Source: an uncultured Nitrospiraceae bacterium
GTDB lineage: Bacteria > Nitrospirota > Thermodesulfovibrionia > Thermodesulfovibrionales > UBA6898
Length of the DNA: 64,000 nucleotides
Assembly (NCBI GenBank): GCA_963811165.1
Contig: CAWEQH010000001.1
Coordinates: 608,001 to 672,000, forward strand
Direction: 5' to 3'
Shown: one piece after another, positions 29,848 through 40,323 of the stretch
Position numbering within the stretch: the first letter of the stretch is position 1
Layout of the letters: every line of letters starts with the position of its first letter
Translations under genes and position numbers: made by a program
Notes under the pieces: model-generated
What the model saw: only the letters and a program-made list of their open reading frames with translations
Databases searched by the model: none
What the model was told of the DNA's origin: nothing

Positions 29848-30693
29848 ATGCGGCCAATAAGGGAAAAGATTTTCGGGACGGCCATTTTTCTTATATTCTC
29901 GTTCCTTCTGAATTTTTGTGTCTCTCCGGCCGCAGACGCCGGGGAGGTTATCAGGATAGGGGGAGTGGGCGGCGCCCTCGGAACGATGAGGATACTCGCC
30001 TCGGCCTTCATGAAGTCATATCCGGGAATAAAAGTCGTCGTGCTCAAAAGTATAGGCACCAAGGGCGCACTTAAGGCAGTGCCCGACGGGGTGATCGATA
30101 TCGGTCTCCTCGGCATGCCTTCAAAGGACAAAGGACTCGTATCGGGCGCAACGGTGATCGATTATGCAAGTACCCCATTTATTTTCGTTGCCGGAAGGGG
30201 AGTAGAAAATAAAGGCCTCACTATCGAGGAGGTGGCGAGGATTTATCAGGGAGACATCAGGAACTGGCCTGGGGGTGAGAAAATTCGTACGATAATGCGC
30301 AGGACCGATGATTCCGACAACCGTATTGTGGAAGGCATTTCTCCGGGCATAAAAACGGCGCTCGAAGAATTGCTGTCAAGCCGGGGACTTTTGTTTGCGG
30401 TCACCGATCAGGACAACCTGAACATTATTGAAAAGACGCCCGGTGCTCTCGGATACACGACGCTGGCACAAGTGATCTCCGAAAAGCGGCGGGTGAAGAT
30501 CCTCTCACTCAACGGTGTTGTGCCAGGTGTAAGGACGCTTGGTGACGGCAGCTATCCGGTTTCTAAAACGTTCTCCATGATGACGAAACAGGAACCTTCC
30601 GGCAAGGTCCTCAGGTTCGTCAACTTTGTCATGTCTGAAGAAGGTGCGAAGATATTGAAGGACAACGGAAACGTGGCCATTAGAAATAGGTGA
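29848..30693 (+). CDS. PstS-like periplasmic substrate-binding protein
   Basis: Signal peptide; SIGTKGALKAV..G.IDIG, IYQG.IRNW and DGSYP pattern. Confidence 0.8.
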   Translation: MRPIREKIFGTAIFLIFSFLLNFCVSPAADAGEVIRIGGVGGALGTMRILASAFMKSYPGIKVVVLKSIGTKGALKAVPDGVIDIGLLGMPSKDKGLVSGATVIDYASTPFIFVAGRGVENKGLTIEEVARIYQGDIRNWPGGEKIRTIMRRTDDSDNRIVEGISPGIKTALEELLSSRGLLFAVTDQDNLNIIEKTPGALGYTTLAQVISEKRRVKILSLNGVVPGVRTLGDGSYPVSKTFSMMTKQEPSGKVLRFVNFVMSEEGAKILKDNGNVAIRNR

Positions 30694-30703
30694 TCGACAA
30701 CCT

Positions 30704-32341
30704 GTGACGAAGGAGACCTCAACAAATATCAGCAGAGTGCTTACGTGGGCGGTCGGGATCATCTTAGGCATGCTCGCCTTCGTCCTTCCCGCGGGGTACT
30801 ATTTGATCTCTTACCAGAATATGACCGGGAACCTCGAAGCCCTGGTCGATGACATCTCCCTGGAACTTTCTCAGGTGATAACGGAAAACCCCGATGTCTG
30901 GGAATATCAGCAGATACGATACCTGGGGTACCTGTCGCAAAGATCACGGCGGGGGCACGAAGAGGACAGGCTCATTCTTAACAATGAAGGAAAGATCATC
31001 GCAGAGTATTCAGACCCGTTGTCTCCGCCGCTGGTAAAGCGGTCTGCCGAACTGTACGATTCGGGGACAGTGGTGGGAAGACTCGAGATCTCCCGCTCGA
31101 TGCGGCCGATACTGAACCGCACCATCATCCTGACACTGATTGCCGTGCCTCTTTGTTGGGGGGCCTTTCTGATCATACGTAAGATACCCCTTAACGCCAT
31201 AAAGGATTCGGAAGAGTCGTTGAGGGCGAGCGAAGCGAGATTCCGCAGACTCTCACAGGAATTTCATGTCCTTCTCAATGCCACCTCTGACGCCCTGCTG
31301 CTGGTGTCCCGGGACTTGACGGTGATATGGGCCAATAAGAGCGCCTCCGGCCTTCTTGAGGGAGGGGGAGGGGACACTGATCTTACGGGAAGGTATTGCT
31401 ATGAAGTAATGCATAAGCGTTCCGGCCCCTGTCCGGACTGTTACCTCAGGAGGAGCCTTTCGACGGGCGATACCGAGAGTTTTTCCTACTCGTCCCGGGA
31501 CGGGAGACTTCTGGAGGCGCGCGCCTTCCCGATAAAAGAGGAAGATGGAGAGATGTACAACGCTTTGGCCGTGATCACCGACATTACGGAAAAAAACGCG
31601 CTCCAGGCCGAGGCCACGAGGGCCGCTCATCTCGCCTCGCTTGGAGAACTGGCAGCGGGGGTCGCGCATGAGATCAATAATCCCATAAATGGCGTTATCA
31701 ACTATGCCCAGTTGCTGGTCAACAAGAGTCCGCAAGGAAGCAGGGAGAACGACCTCGCCGGCAGGATCGTACATGAAGGCGACAGGATCGCGAGGATCGT
31801 CGGAGGCCTTCTTTCCTTTGCGCGGGAGAGTAAGAATGAGAAGTCCGCCTGCCACCTGCAGAAAATAATAGACGACACGGTGATGCTGGTTGCTGCGCAG
31901 CTCCGGCATGACGGCATCAGCGTGCAGGTAAATGTGCCGGAAAAATTGGAGGAGGTAATCGTAAACCCGCAGCAGATCCAGCAGGTCTTTCTGAACATTA
32001 TAAGCAACGCCCGGCATGCGCTAAACCTCAAATATTCAGGGGCGCGGAAGAACAAGACCCTCTCGATATCCTGCCAAAGCATAATTGCAGGCAGCTCTCC
32101 TTATGTGAGGACCACTTTTTATGACCGCGGGACCGGCATCCCTGCGGAGATACTGGAGAAGGTGATGCTTCCGTTTTTCTCTACGAAGCCCAGTGGACAA
32201 GGTACGGGACTGGGGCTGAGTATTTCTCATAATATCATAAAAGACCATGGAGGCCGGATCATGATCGAAAGCGAGGAAGGCATATCTACGCAGGTCATTG
32301 TGGACCTGCCGGTGAGGAGGGAAGGTGGGGAAAAAGCATAG
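30704..32341 (+). CDS. PAS-domain sensor histidine kinase
   Basis: Two TMs, PAS; LGELAAGVAHEINNP, QVFLNII.NA, DRGTG and FFSTKP..GTGLGL motifs. Confidence 0.93.
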   Translation: MTKETSTNISRVLTWAVGIILGMLAFVLPAGYYLISYQNMTGNLEALVDDISLELSQVITENPDVWEYQQIRYLGYLSQRSRRGHEEDRLILNNEGKIIAEYSDPLSPPLVKRSAELYDSGTVVGRLEISRSMRPILNRTIILTLIAVPLCWGAFLIIRKIPLNAIKDSEESLRASEARFRRLSQEFHVLLNATSDALLLVSRDLTVIWANKSASGLLEGGGGDTDLTGRYCYEVMHKRSGPCPDCYLRRSLSTGDTESFSYSSRDGRLLEARAFPIKEEDGEMYNALAVITDITEKNALQAEATRAAHLASLGELAAGVAHEINNPINGVINYAQLLVNKSPQGSRENDLAGRIVHEGDRIARIVGGLLSFARESKNEKSACHLQKIIDDTVMLVAAQLRHDGISVQVNVPEKLEEVIVNPQQIQQVFLNIISNARHALNLKYSGARKNKTLSISCQSIIAGSSPYVRTTFYDRGTGIPAEILEKVMLPFFSTKPSGQGTGLGLSISHNIIKDHGGRIMIESEEGISTQVIVDLPVRREGGEKA

Positions 32342-32720
32342 GATCCTTATCGTCGATGATGAGGAGAGCATCAGATTTACCCTGGAATGTTTTCTCACGG
32401 AGGAGGGGTATGAGGTCGTAACCGCAAAGAATTACGGCGAGGCGGTAGAGATAATCGCAACCGGGGCGTTCGACATGATGTATGCCGACATAATCCTTGG
32501 GGGAGGAAAGACGGGTCTCGACGTGATCCGGGAGGCCAGGGCAAGAGGGGTAACCTGTCCCGTCGTCGTCATCACCGGAGCCCCCAGCGTGGAGACCGCG
32601 GTCGAGGCCGCCCACCTCGGGGTCTTTGATTATATTCCAAAACCTATCCGCTGGGAAAACCTCATGCGGACCACGAGGGCCGCACTGGAAGGGAAGGACC
32701 CCTACGGGGAAGAGGGATAA
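32325..32720 (+). CDS. Single-domain response regulator
   Basis: ILIVDDE, phosphoacceptor ADII, ITG and YIPKP motifs. Confidence 0.9.
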   Translation: MGKKHRILIVDDEESIRFTLECFLTEEGYEVVTAKNYGEAVEIIATGAFDMMYADIILGGGKTGLDVIREARARGVTCPVVVITGAPSVETAVEAAHLGVFDYIPKPIRWENLMRTTRAALEGKDPYGEEG

Positions 32721-32746
32721 GGGCGTGTTTCGCTCCCCGAGCCCGG

Positions 32747-33277
32747 CTATCGGGACTTTTGTTCTTCCGTGCTCTCCAGCAGTCTGGTGAGTCCCAGCAT
32801 GAGCTGAAGCGGCGTCGGAGGGCAACCCGGGATGCGGGCATCGACGGGTATCACCTTGTCGATCCCGCCCAAAGAGGCGTAGCTTTCGCCGAAGATCCCG
32901 CCGTTACATGCGCAATCTCCAACGGCCACTACGAGCTTTGGGCCCGGGGTGGCGGCATACGTCCTTCGAAGGGCGATCTCCATATTATGAGTAACGGGTC
33001 CAGTGACAAGGAGCATGTCGGCGAAACGCGGAGATGCCGTAAAATGGATACCGTATTTTTCGCAGTTGTAGATAGGGTTGTTGATCGCGTGGATCTCGAG
33101 CTCGCAGCCGTTACATGAGCCCGCATCTACCTGTCTTATGGTGATGCTTCTCCTGAAGCGCTTTCTGACAGCCTCTTCCATCCTGAGCCCTACGACCTCG
33201 ATCTCCTGTGCAGCCTGCGGGGGAAGAGGCTCGGTCACGATGCCCGTACGGAATATCTGCTTGAGTATCCTAATCAT
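32747..33277 (-). CDS. Ehr/hydrogenase-4-like small subunit (NuoB/HyfI family)
   Basis: DAGSCNGCELE, SPRFAD.L.VTG, VGDCA and IPGCPPTP motifs; start set at ATG 33277 (MIRILKQ). Confidence 0.92.
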   Translation of the reverse strand: MIRILKQIFRTGIVTEPLPPQAAQEIEVVGLRMEEAVRKRFRRSITIRQVDAGSCNGCELEIHAINNPIYNCEKYGIHFTASPRFADMLLVTGPVTHNMEIALRRTYAATPGPKLVVAVGDCACNGGIFGESYASLGGIDKVIPVDARIPGCPPTPLQLMLGLTRLLESTEEQKSR

Positions 33278-33314
33278 GACCACCTCGGAAAAAAACGGAA
33301 ATGTGGCAAAATGG

Positions 33315-33440
33315 GACGGGTTTATAAAAAGCTCCGGAGGCAAGGCGCGCAAGAAATGAGGAATGAGGCGTACCTGCAGGTACGTCGCAGTGACGAGAGG
33401 TGAAGTGCAACGCAGCATACGGACTTTTTATGAAGCCGTC
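33315..33440. mobile_element. 126-bp MITE-like element with terminal inverted repeats
   Basis: Left end gacgggtttataaaaag versus reverse complement of right end gacggcttcataaaaag (15/17); central palindrome cgtacctgcaggtacg; no coding role. Confidence 0.75.
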
Positions 33441-33442
33441 AA

Positions 33443-35026
33443 TCATAAATCATGCCCCGAATAGGATTGGTTAAAGCTCTTGTTGCAGAGCGGGAAGTCG
33501 GGGACTATATTGCCGTGTATCGCCCGTTCGAGTCCGAGCCAGTTGACGCTGGAAGGGTCCCTCACCATGCAGCGGTTGACCTCTCCTGCTGTCCCGGACT
33601 GGAGCCAGTAGATGATCTCACCTCGCCAGCCTTCGACTGCTGCGAACCCCGCCTTATCAGGAGGGGGTGCTTCGAGAGGGACCGATATAGCCCCGCCCGG
33701 CATGTTCTCCAGAATCCAGCGGATTATCCTTATCGATTCACGTATCTCCTGGACCCTGACCCATGTCCTTGCATGGACATCGCCGGTGATCATGACAGGT
33801 ACTCCGAGTTCCAGCCTGTCATATTGGTCGTACGGCGGGAAGGGGTTGAAGATGCGGCAGTCGAGGTTCAGGCCGCTCGCCCTTGCAACGATGCCCACCG
33901 CGCATATCTCCCTCGCCCGCTTCGGCTTAAGCATCCCCGTGTTTCTCACTCTGTCTTCTAAAGAAGGGTTTTCTTCATATATCGTCACAAGCCTCTCGAA
34001 GTCCTTTGAAAGGCGCGCAAGCTCTTCCACTATTTCGGCGCTCCCTTTTTTATCGATATCGACCGCGACCCCTCCGGGTATTACCCTATCCATGATAAAC
34101 CTGTGCCCGAAGAGCGTATGGTTTGTCCGAAGGAGCATCTCCTTGAGCCTCATCATCTGATACAGCATGAACGCAAATGCGGCGTCGTTGCAGATGGCGC
34201 CTATGTCTCCCAGATGGTTGGCGATGCGCTCCCTTTCGAGGAAAAGCGCCCTTAGCCAGTGCGCCCTTTCGGGCGGATTGCATCCTGCCAGGGATTCAAG
34301 CGCCATGCAGTAAGTGAGACTATGGGCCACGGTAGTGTCCCCTGAGACGCGGCCGGCGAGCCTGAAGCCTTCCTGCCAGGAAAGGGACTCGAACCTTTTC
34401 TCTATGCCCTTATGCACGTATCCAAGCCGCTCTTCAAGGTTCAGGACGTCTTCCCCCACCGCCTGAAAACGGAAATGGCCTGGCTCGATGATCCCTGCGT
34501 GGACAGGTCCTACGGGTATCTCATATACCCCTTCCCCCTCGGCCTTCGTCCACTTGTATTCACCTTTTACCCGCGGCATCGGCTTCGATGGATCGAAGGA
34601 TTTCCGGAGAGGCCAGGCGTCCTCGGGCCAGTCTTCGAACTTTATCCACGGGCGGGTATCGGGGTGGTCAAGCGGAGTGATACCCATAAGGCTCCTTATC
34701 TGACGCTCGAAGCGATAGGCGGGAAGGAACTTCTTCGTTAAGCTCGGGAACGTAGGATCATCGGCAGGGGCCTCTGTCTTTACGATGAGATATTCGGAGC
34801 CCCAGCGATAACACGCGAATATCCCGTACCCTCTCCCTAAAGACGTCTCGTCGGTTGCCCATTCGGCCGCAAGAAGCGCATACGCCTTTTTCATCGCCCT
34901 TGCCGCCTCGACGAATTTTTCTCTGGGCACGGAGCAAAAGACTACACGGGCCGGGTATTGGTATCCCTCTACGAAATGGACGTCCTCTTTAAGCAGTGAC
35001 GTTATCGCGTCTTTCAGTATGCTCAT
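33443..35026 (-). CDS. Ehr large subunit (NuoC/D-HyfG-like, lacking NiFe-binding cysteines)
   Basis: PVGPVHAGIIEPGHFRF, GYVHKGIEK and EGWRGE motifs; RVSGDTTVAH and DFPLCNKSFN occupy the CxxC positions. Confidence 0.93.
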   Translation of the reverse strand: MSILKDAITSLLKEDVHFVEGYQYPARVVFCSVPREKFVEAARAMKKAYALLAAEWATDETSLGRGYGIFACYRWGSEYLIVKTEAPADDPTFPSLTKKFLPAYRFERQIRSLMGITPLDHPDTRPWIKFEDWPEDAWPLRKSFDPSKPMPRVKGEYKWTKAEGEGVYEIPVGPVHAGIIEPGHFRFQAVGEDVLNLEERLGYVHKGIEKRFESLSWQEGFRLAGRVSGDTTVAHSLTYCMALESLAGCNPPERAHWLRALFLERERIANHLGDIGAICNDAAFAFMLYQMMRLKEMLLRTNHTLFGHRFIMDRVIPGGVAVDIDKKGSAEIVEELARLSKDFERLVTIYEENPSLEDRVRNTGMLKPKRAREICAVGIVARASGLNLDCRIFNPFPPYDQYDRLELGVPVMITGDVHARTWVRVQEIRESIRIIRWILENMPGGAISVPLEAPPPDKAGFAAVEGWRGEIIYWLQSGTAGEVNRCMVRDPSSVNWLGLERAIHGNIVPDFPLCNKSFNQSYSGHDL

Positions 35027-36471
35027 TTTAGTAACGCCACCGCGGTATGGAACCATTGGTTCAGAAAATCAGGCATATAGAGGCCAAGGAAGAGGACTAA
35101 TGCCATATGAAGCAGGACCGGCAGATGGGCCACCCGCAAAGATTTTTGGTATGAAGGGATTTCTCCGGAGACCATCGGCTGGACCCTGCGGAATAGTGCT
35201 GCAAAGGCGACGCCGAGACCGAGCAGGAGAAAAGGGGTCAGAAGGGGCGCGTCTTTGATCGTGGCGGTGAGGATGAGAAATTCGCTTGTGAATACACCAA
35301 AGGGCGGCATGCCGACTATCGCCATCACGCCAAACATCAGTCCCCACCCTACGAGCGGGTTTCCCCTGAACAGCCCCTTAATCCGCTCCATGTCCTGCGT
35401 GCGGTGCATCTGCGATGCGTGACCGACGGTAAAGAATATGGAGGACTTGGCGAGGCTGTGGACGAGCATATGGAGAAGGCCGCCGAAGGTCGCGATCGGC
35501 CCGCCCAGACCGAAGGCAAAAGTGGCTATCCCCATATGCTCTATGGACGAGTATGAGAACATCCGTTTGATGTCTTTTTGCCTAAGGAGAGAAAATGCCG
35601 CCACGAGGATCGACAGAAGTCCAAAGCCCATCATGATGTCTCCGGCGTGATGTGTCCCGGTAGAGCCGTCTACTAAGACCTTGCATCTGACGAGCGCATA
35701 GAGGGCGACATTCAGCAGCAGGCCCGAAAGCACCGCGGAGATCGGCGTCGGGCCTTCGCTATGCGCGTCCGGAAGCCAGTTATGAAGGGGCACAAGACCG
35801 ACCTTGGTGCCGTATCCCACCATGAGAAAGACAAAGGCAAGAGACAATACGGTCGGCTCCAGCTGACCGCTCACCCGGCTTAGGTTTGTCCAGAGCAGGG
35901 CCTCCCCTCCTTCACCCAGGACCTTCTCAGCGGCAAAGTAGAGGAGCACCGTCCCGAAGAGCGCCTGGGCGATGCCCACGCCGCAGAGGATAAAATATTT
36001 CCAGGCCGCCTCGATCGCGGTGGGCGTACGGTAGAGCGAAACCAGAAGGACCGTTGAGAGTGTGGCCAGTTCCATCGCGATCCATAATACGCCGACATTG
36101 TTGGTCAGGAGGCAAAGGAGCATGGCGAAGATAAAGAGCTGGAACATCGCATGATAAAACCGCATCCCTATATGCCCGACACGGCCGTGTTCCCTCTCCC
36201 TGCGCATATAGCGCCTGCTGAAGACAGCGGTGGTCATCGAGACAAAAGAGGTGAGGACCGCGAGATAAACATTAAAGGCGTCGACAAAGAAAAATTTCCC
36301 CCCTGCAAGCATGGGACCGTGGTAATAGACTTGGAAGGCCAGCCCGAGACCCGCTCCGAAATTTGCGGCCGAGCAAAGGATATTGATCTCAGGGGCAAAC
36401 TTTCTGTCTCCCACAAAGCCCAGTATGACCGCGGCAAAAAGAGGCACCACCAACAAAATAAGCAGCATCAT
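35023..36471 (-). CDS. hyfF: HyfF-like antiporter-type membrane subunit
   Basis: EAAWKY, GYGTKVGLVPLHNWLPDAHSEGPTP and KRMFSYSSIEH motifs. Confidence 0.9.
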   Translation of the reverse strand: MMLLILLVVPLFAAVILGFVGDRKFAPEINILCSAANFGAGLGLAFQVYYHGPMLAGGKFFFVDAFNVYLAVLTSFVSMTTAVFSRRYMRREREHGRVGHIGMRFYHAMFQLFIFAMLLCLLTNNVGVLWIAMELATLSTVLLVSLYRTPTAIEAAWKYFILCGVGIAQALFGTVLLYFAAEKVLGEGGEALLWTNLSRVSGQLEPTVLSLAFVFLMVGYGTKVGLVPLHNWLPDAHSEGPTPISAVLSGLLLNVALYALVRCKVLVDGSTGTHHAGDIMMGFGLLSILVAAFSLLRQKDIKRMFSYSSIEHMGIATFAFGLGGPIATFGGLLHMLVHSLAKSSIFFTVGHASQMHRTQDMERIKGLFRGNPLVGWGLMFGVMAIVGMPPFGVFTSEFLILTATIKDAPLLTPFLLLGLGVAFAALFRRVQPMVSGEIPSYQKSLRVAHLPVLLHMALVLFLGLYMPDFLNQWFHTAVALLK

Positions 36472-36664
36472 AGGGCCACTCCAACCCTCATCGGTCTAAT
36501 CAATACGGGACAGGCGGGTGAAAAATCTTTTATGCGACGCCTTATAAAAAAAAGCCCTTGAGGGGTCGGCAAAAAGACCTCTGAATCATGTAGAAGACTA
36601 TATATATAAACCATAATGTCGATCATAAAAATTTTTCAGCCGTTTGTCCCGTGTTCGTTGTCAC

Positions 36665-37330
36665 CTAATCTCCCTCCTTCAGCCTCGCCATCTGTTCCAC
36701 ATCCAGGCTGTCAAAGGTGGTGTGTATGTGGAAAAAGAATATCCCGAATATAAACGCCGCGATCAGGACGTCCAGCGCTACCCCGAGCTCAACTACAAGG
36801 GGCATGCCGTACGTCGCGCTGGTCGCCGCGAAGAAAAGCCCGTTTTCCATCGCGAGGAAGCCTATGATCTGGGTGACCGCATGTCTTCTGGTGATCATCA
36901 TCAGAAGCCCGATCATGACTGTAGCGAGCGCCACCGCAAGGGTCGAGCGCGTCACCAGTGTCGAGAGCTCCCGGACAGGGGCGGTCAGGTGATAGGACAA
37001 GATCACGAGCGCGATGCCTATCAGCATGGTCAGAGGCACGTTCACGATCGTCTCGACTTCCTTTTGTATCTTCAGACGCATGATAAGGACATGCAGGATG
37101 TACGGCAGGAGGATCACCTTGAGCGAGAGCGTCAGGAGCGAAGATATATAGAGGTGATGTTTACCCGCGACAAACCCGACTATAGCCGTGCTGATCGAAA
37201 GGAAAAGCCCCTGCCACGCGAAAAGATGGATCAGCCCGTACATCCTCCGCTGCACCAGCATGCCGAAGGCGGTCAGGAGCACGAGCGCCGCCAGAAAACT
37301 GTTTATCTGTGCTGCAAACTGAAGATTCAT
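36665..37330 (-). CDS. hyfE: HyfE-like membrane subunit
   Basis: Multi-TM; QIIGFLAMENG and GMPLVVELG motifs. Confidence 0.88.
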   Translation of the reverse strand: MNLQFAAQINSFLAALVLLTAFGMLVQRRMYGLIHLFAWQGLFLSISTAIVGFVAGKHHLYISSLLTLSLKVILLPYILHVLIMRLKIQKEVETIVNVPLTMLIGIALVILSYHLTAPVRELSTLVTRSTLAVALATVMIGLLMMITRRHAVTQIIGFLAMENGLFFAATSATYGMPLVVELGVALDVLIAAFIFGIFFFHIHTTFDSLDVEQMARLKEGD

Positions 37331-37331
37331 C

Positions 37332-38278
37332 TCACTCCAGAATAAAATACGACAACATCCCGAGTGTCGCCAGCAAGAAGGCCGACCCGAGGAATTCGGT
37401 TAATCTGAACAAGCCGCATCTTCGCAAGCCCTGTCTCTATCAACACGAGGACGACGCCCGCAATGCCCAGCTTCAGCGCCATAAAAAGGAACGCCGCGGG
37501 GACCGCAGAAGGTTCCCCGTCGGCTGCGATGCCCCAGGGCGAAAAGGCCGCGATCCCGAGCATGACGAAGAGGAAGAGTTTCATCATCGACGCCCACTCC
37601 ATCAGCGCGAGGTGTCTTCCGGAATATTCGAGGATCATCGCCTCATGGATCATCGTCAGTTCCAGGTGTGTCGCCGGGTTGTCAACAGGGATCCTCCCTG
37701 TTTCGGCAAGCGCGATCAGTATAAAGGCAAGCAGCGCAAAGACAATAGAGGGTCTAAGGACAGGCTGGCCGCTTAGATGACCTGCACCATCTGTGAAAGC
37801 GAGGTGGACTTGCTTGCAAGGGACATCGTAAAGATCGCCATCAGCATCGCCGGTTCGGCCAGCGAGGCGATAGTCATTTCACGGCTCGAGCCCATGCCCC
37901 CAAAGGCCGTGCCTATATCCATCCCTGCCAGGGCGGTAAAGAACCGCGCGATCGCAAAGAGTGCCACCAGCACAATGACGTCGGCGGTCGCTGCGAAGGG
38001 CAGGTCGACTGACAGTATCGGGATGATGCCCCCGGCGATCACCGCAGTGCCGAAGACAAGGTATGGGGTAAAGCGGAATATCCAGGAGGCGTTTTCAGCC
38101 AGGACCACATCCTTGGAAAAGAGTTTCTGATGTCCCGGTAAGGCTGAAAAATACCCGGGGAGCTTCTGGCCCTGGGCCCAGCATTTCAGCATCCTGACCC
38201 ATCCTGCAAAGACAGGGGCGACCGCAAGGAGCATCGAAGACCTGCAATATCTCTATCAAAAAAGGATACAGCGATCAT
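37332..38278 (-). pseudogene. hyfC: HyfC/HycD (NuoH-like) membrane subunit, frameshifted in this sequence
   Basis: Fragments AFGGMGSSRE, ETGRIPVDNPATHLELTMIHEAMILEYSG and AKMRL lie across several single-base indels; possibly sequencing error. Confidence 0.82.
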
Positions 38279-40323
38279 CGCAGAAACACCAGGAGCACGA
38301 TGATCGTCAGGAACGAATAGATCAGATACACCTGGATGCGGCCCTGCTGAAGTCTCCCGACCTTGCGCGAGATCCAGAAGCTCAGCTCGATTACCGGCTT
38401 ATAGAGCCAGCCCCAGAAACGGTCCCTTACCCGCAGGGAATAATGGAGCTTCTTCGGAAAGGCTCGTGAGCGCTCTGCGGGCCTATCCGGGCTATGTTCC
38501 TTTATGATGAAAGAGAAATCCGAATATCCTCCGGATCGGCATGGAAAAGGAAGTGGCGTTATACTGCATCCTCTGGTTGATCTTCTCAAACCCGCAGTCC
38601 CAGATCGGGACCCTTTTTATGGTGCCCGGCTTGACATGGAGAAGAACGTAAGCGAGATTACGACCGCCAGTATTCCGCAAAAGACGATCGGGCCGGAATA
38701 TGAGGCGCGTTCGGGGGCAATCGGGGTAAGCCACATCCAGCCGAATGCGCCTGCGGATGTGCCGATCTTGGCGCCGAGCAGCTGCTGCGGTGAGCGTATC
38801 CATCCAGTTGATCACAATGGTCGGGAAAATGCCGAGGCATAGACAGGTGAGTGCCGCCATGATCATTCCCGACGCGCATAGACCAGTCCGCCTCGTGGAC
38901 TTGTTGGCTTGTGGTGGCCCCGCCAGTGGCCCAGAAACGTCACGCCGAACGCCTTTACGAAACAGGCGGCGGCAAGCGCCCCTGTGAGGGCAAGGAGCGC
39001 CGCGCCCATCGGGATGAGCAGTTTCAGGAGCGGGCTCGGCAGGGACGGAGAGAGCAGAAAGGCCTGGAACGTGAGCCACTCAGACACAAAACCGTTAAAA
39101 GGCGGCAGCGCCGAGATGGAAACGCAGCCGATCAGGAAAAGGGCGGCGGTCCAGGGCATCCGGTGGATAAGTCCGCCCATCTCCTCCATGTTCCGCTCGT
39201 GCGTGGCATGGAGCACCGCGCCCGCCCCCATGAAGAGCAGCCCCTTGAACATGGCATGGTTCAGGGTGTGATAGATGCCCGCCGTAAGCGCCAGGGCCGC
39301 AAGGAGCGGCAACTTGAAGGAGGTAAAGATCATCGCCAGCCCTACCCCGATCAGGATGATGCCGATATTTTCGACCGAATGATAGGCAAGAAGGCGCTTC
39401 AGATCATGCTGCATCAGGGCGTAGAGCACCCCCATGACAGCGGAAATGAGTCCCAATACCAGCACTATCGCCCCCCACCACCAGGGGAACACCTTGATGA
39501 GGTCGAAGGTGACGCGGATGATCCCGTAGATCGCGGTCTTTAGCATCACGCCGCTCATCAGTGCCGAGACGTTCGACGGCGCAACAGGGTGCGCCTCAGG
39601 CAGCCATACGTGCAGCGGGACGACGCCGGCCTTTGCGGCGAACCCGAAAAAAGACAGGAGAAACGCGGCAGTGGCCCATTCGACCGGGAACCGGGCGTTG
39701 CGCATCGCGTCGAAGGTATAGCCGCTGAAACTCCCAAATCCTGTGGCAAGGCCCGCCAGCACTCCAAAGGAAAGAAGGATAGCGATTGCGCCCACGTGGG
39801 CGATGACCATATAGAGGAAGGCGGCCCTCCTGTTTTCGATGCGCTCATTTTCAAACATCACGAGGAAATAAGAGGCAGCGGCCATGATCTCCCAGGAAAT
39901 AAGGAAGATCAATGCATCGTCGGAGAGCACCACCATATACATCCCGGCAAGGAAGAGACAGTAGAAAATGACGAGGCTGGTTACGGACCTCCTGCCCAGA
40001 AACCCTTTGATATACCCTATCGAATAGACGGACACAAAGAAGGCCAGGAGACCGATGACCGTCAGGAAGAAGCCGGCAAGGGGGTCGAGCCTCAGATGGA
40101 AAGGAAGGTCCGGAAGCCCCATGAGCAGCTGGATCTTCTGGGTCTGACCGCTCCAGACGGCCGAGGCCCCGGCGATTACCGAGAGCAAAGCGGAGACTGC
40201 AGCCACAAAAAAGGTGAAATAAGAAAGAAGGCGCTGTCTGAAGGAGATAAACGGCGCAAGGGCGACCGGCAGCAAGAGCAGGAGAACGGCAAAAGAGGCA
40301 AGGTCTATTTGCTCAGTCAACAT
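38275..40323 (-). pseudogene. hyfB: HyfB (NuoL/MrpA-like) membrane subunit, 3' third frameshifted in this sequence
   Basis: KAGVVPLHVWLPEAHPVAPS, KRLLAYHSVEN, WDCG...RMQY and LQQGRIQVYLIY split across ORFs 38863-40323, 38492-39079, 38658-38879 and 38275-38589. Confidence 0.85.

Noticed and set aside
33443..35026. Functional NiFe hydrogenase or formate hydrogenlyase
   Set aside because: Both CxxC metal-binding motifs are absent
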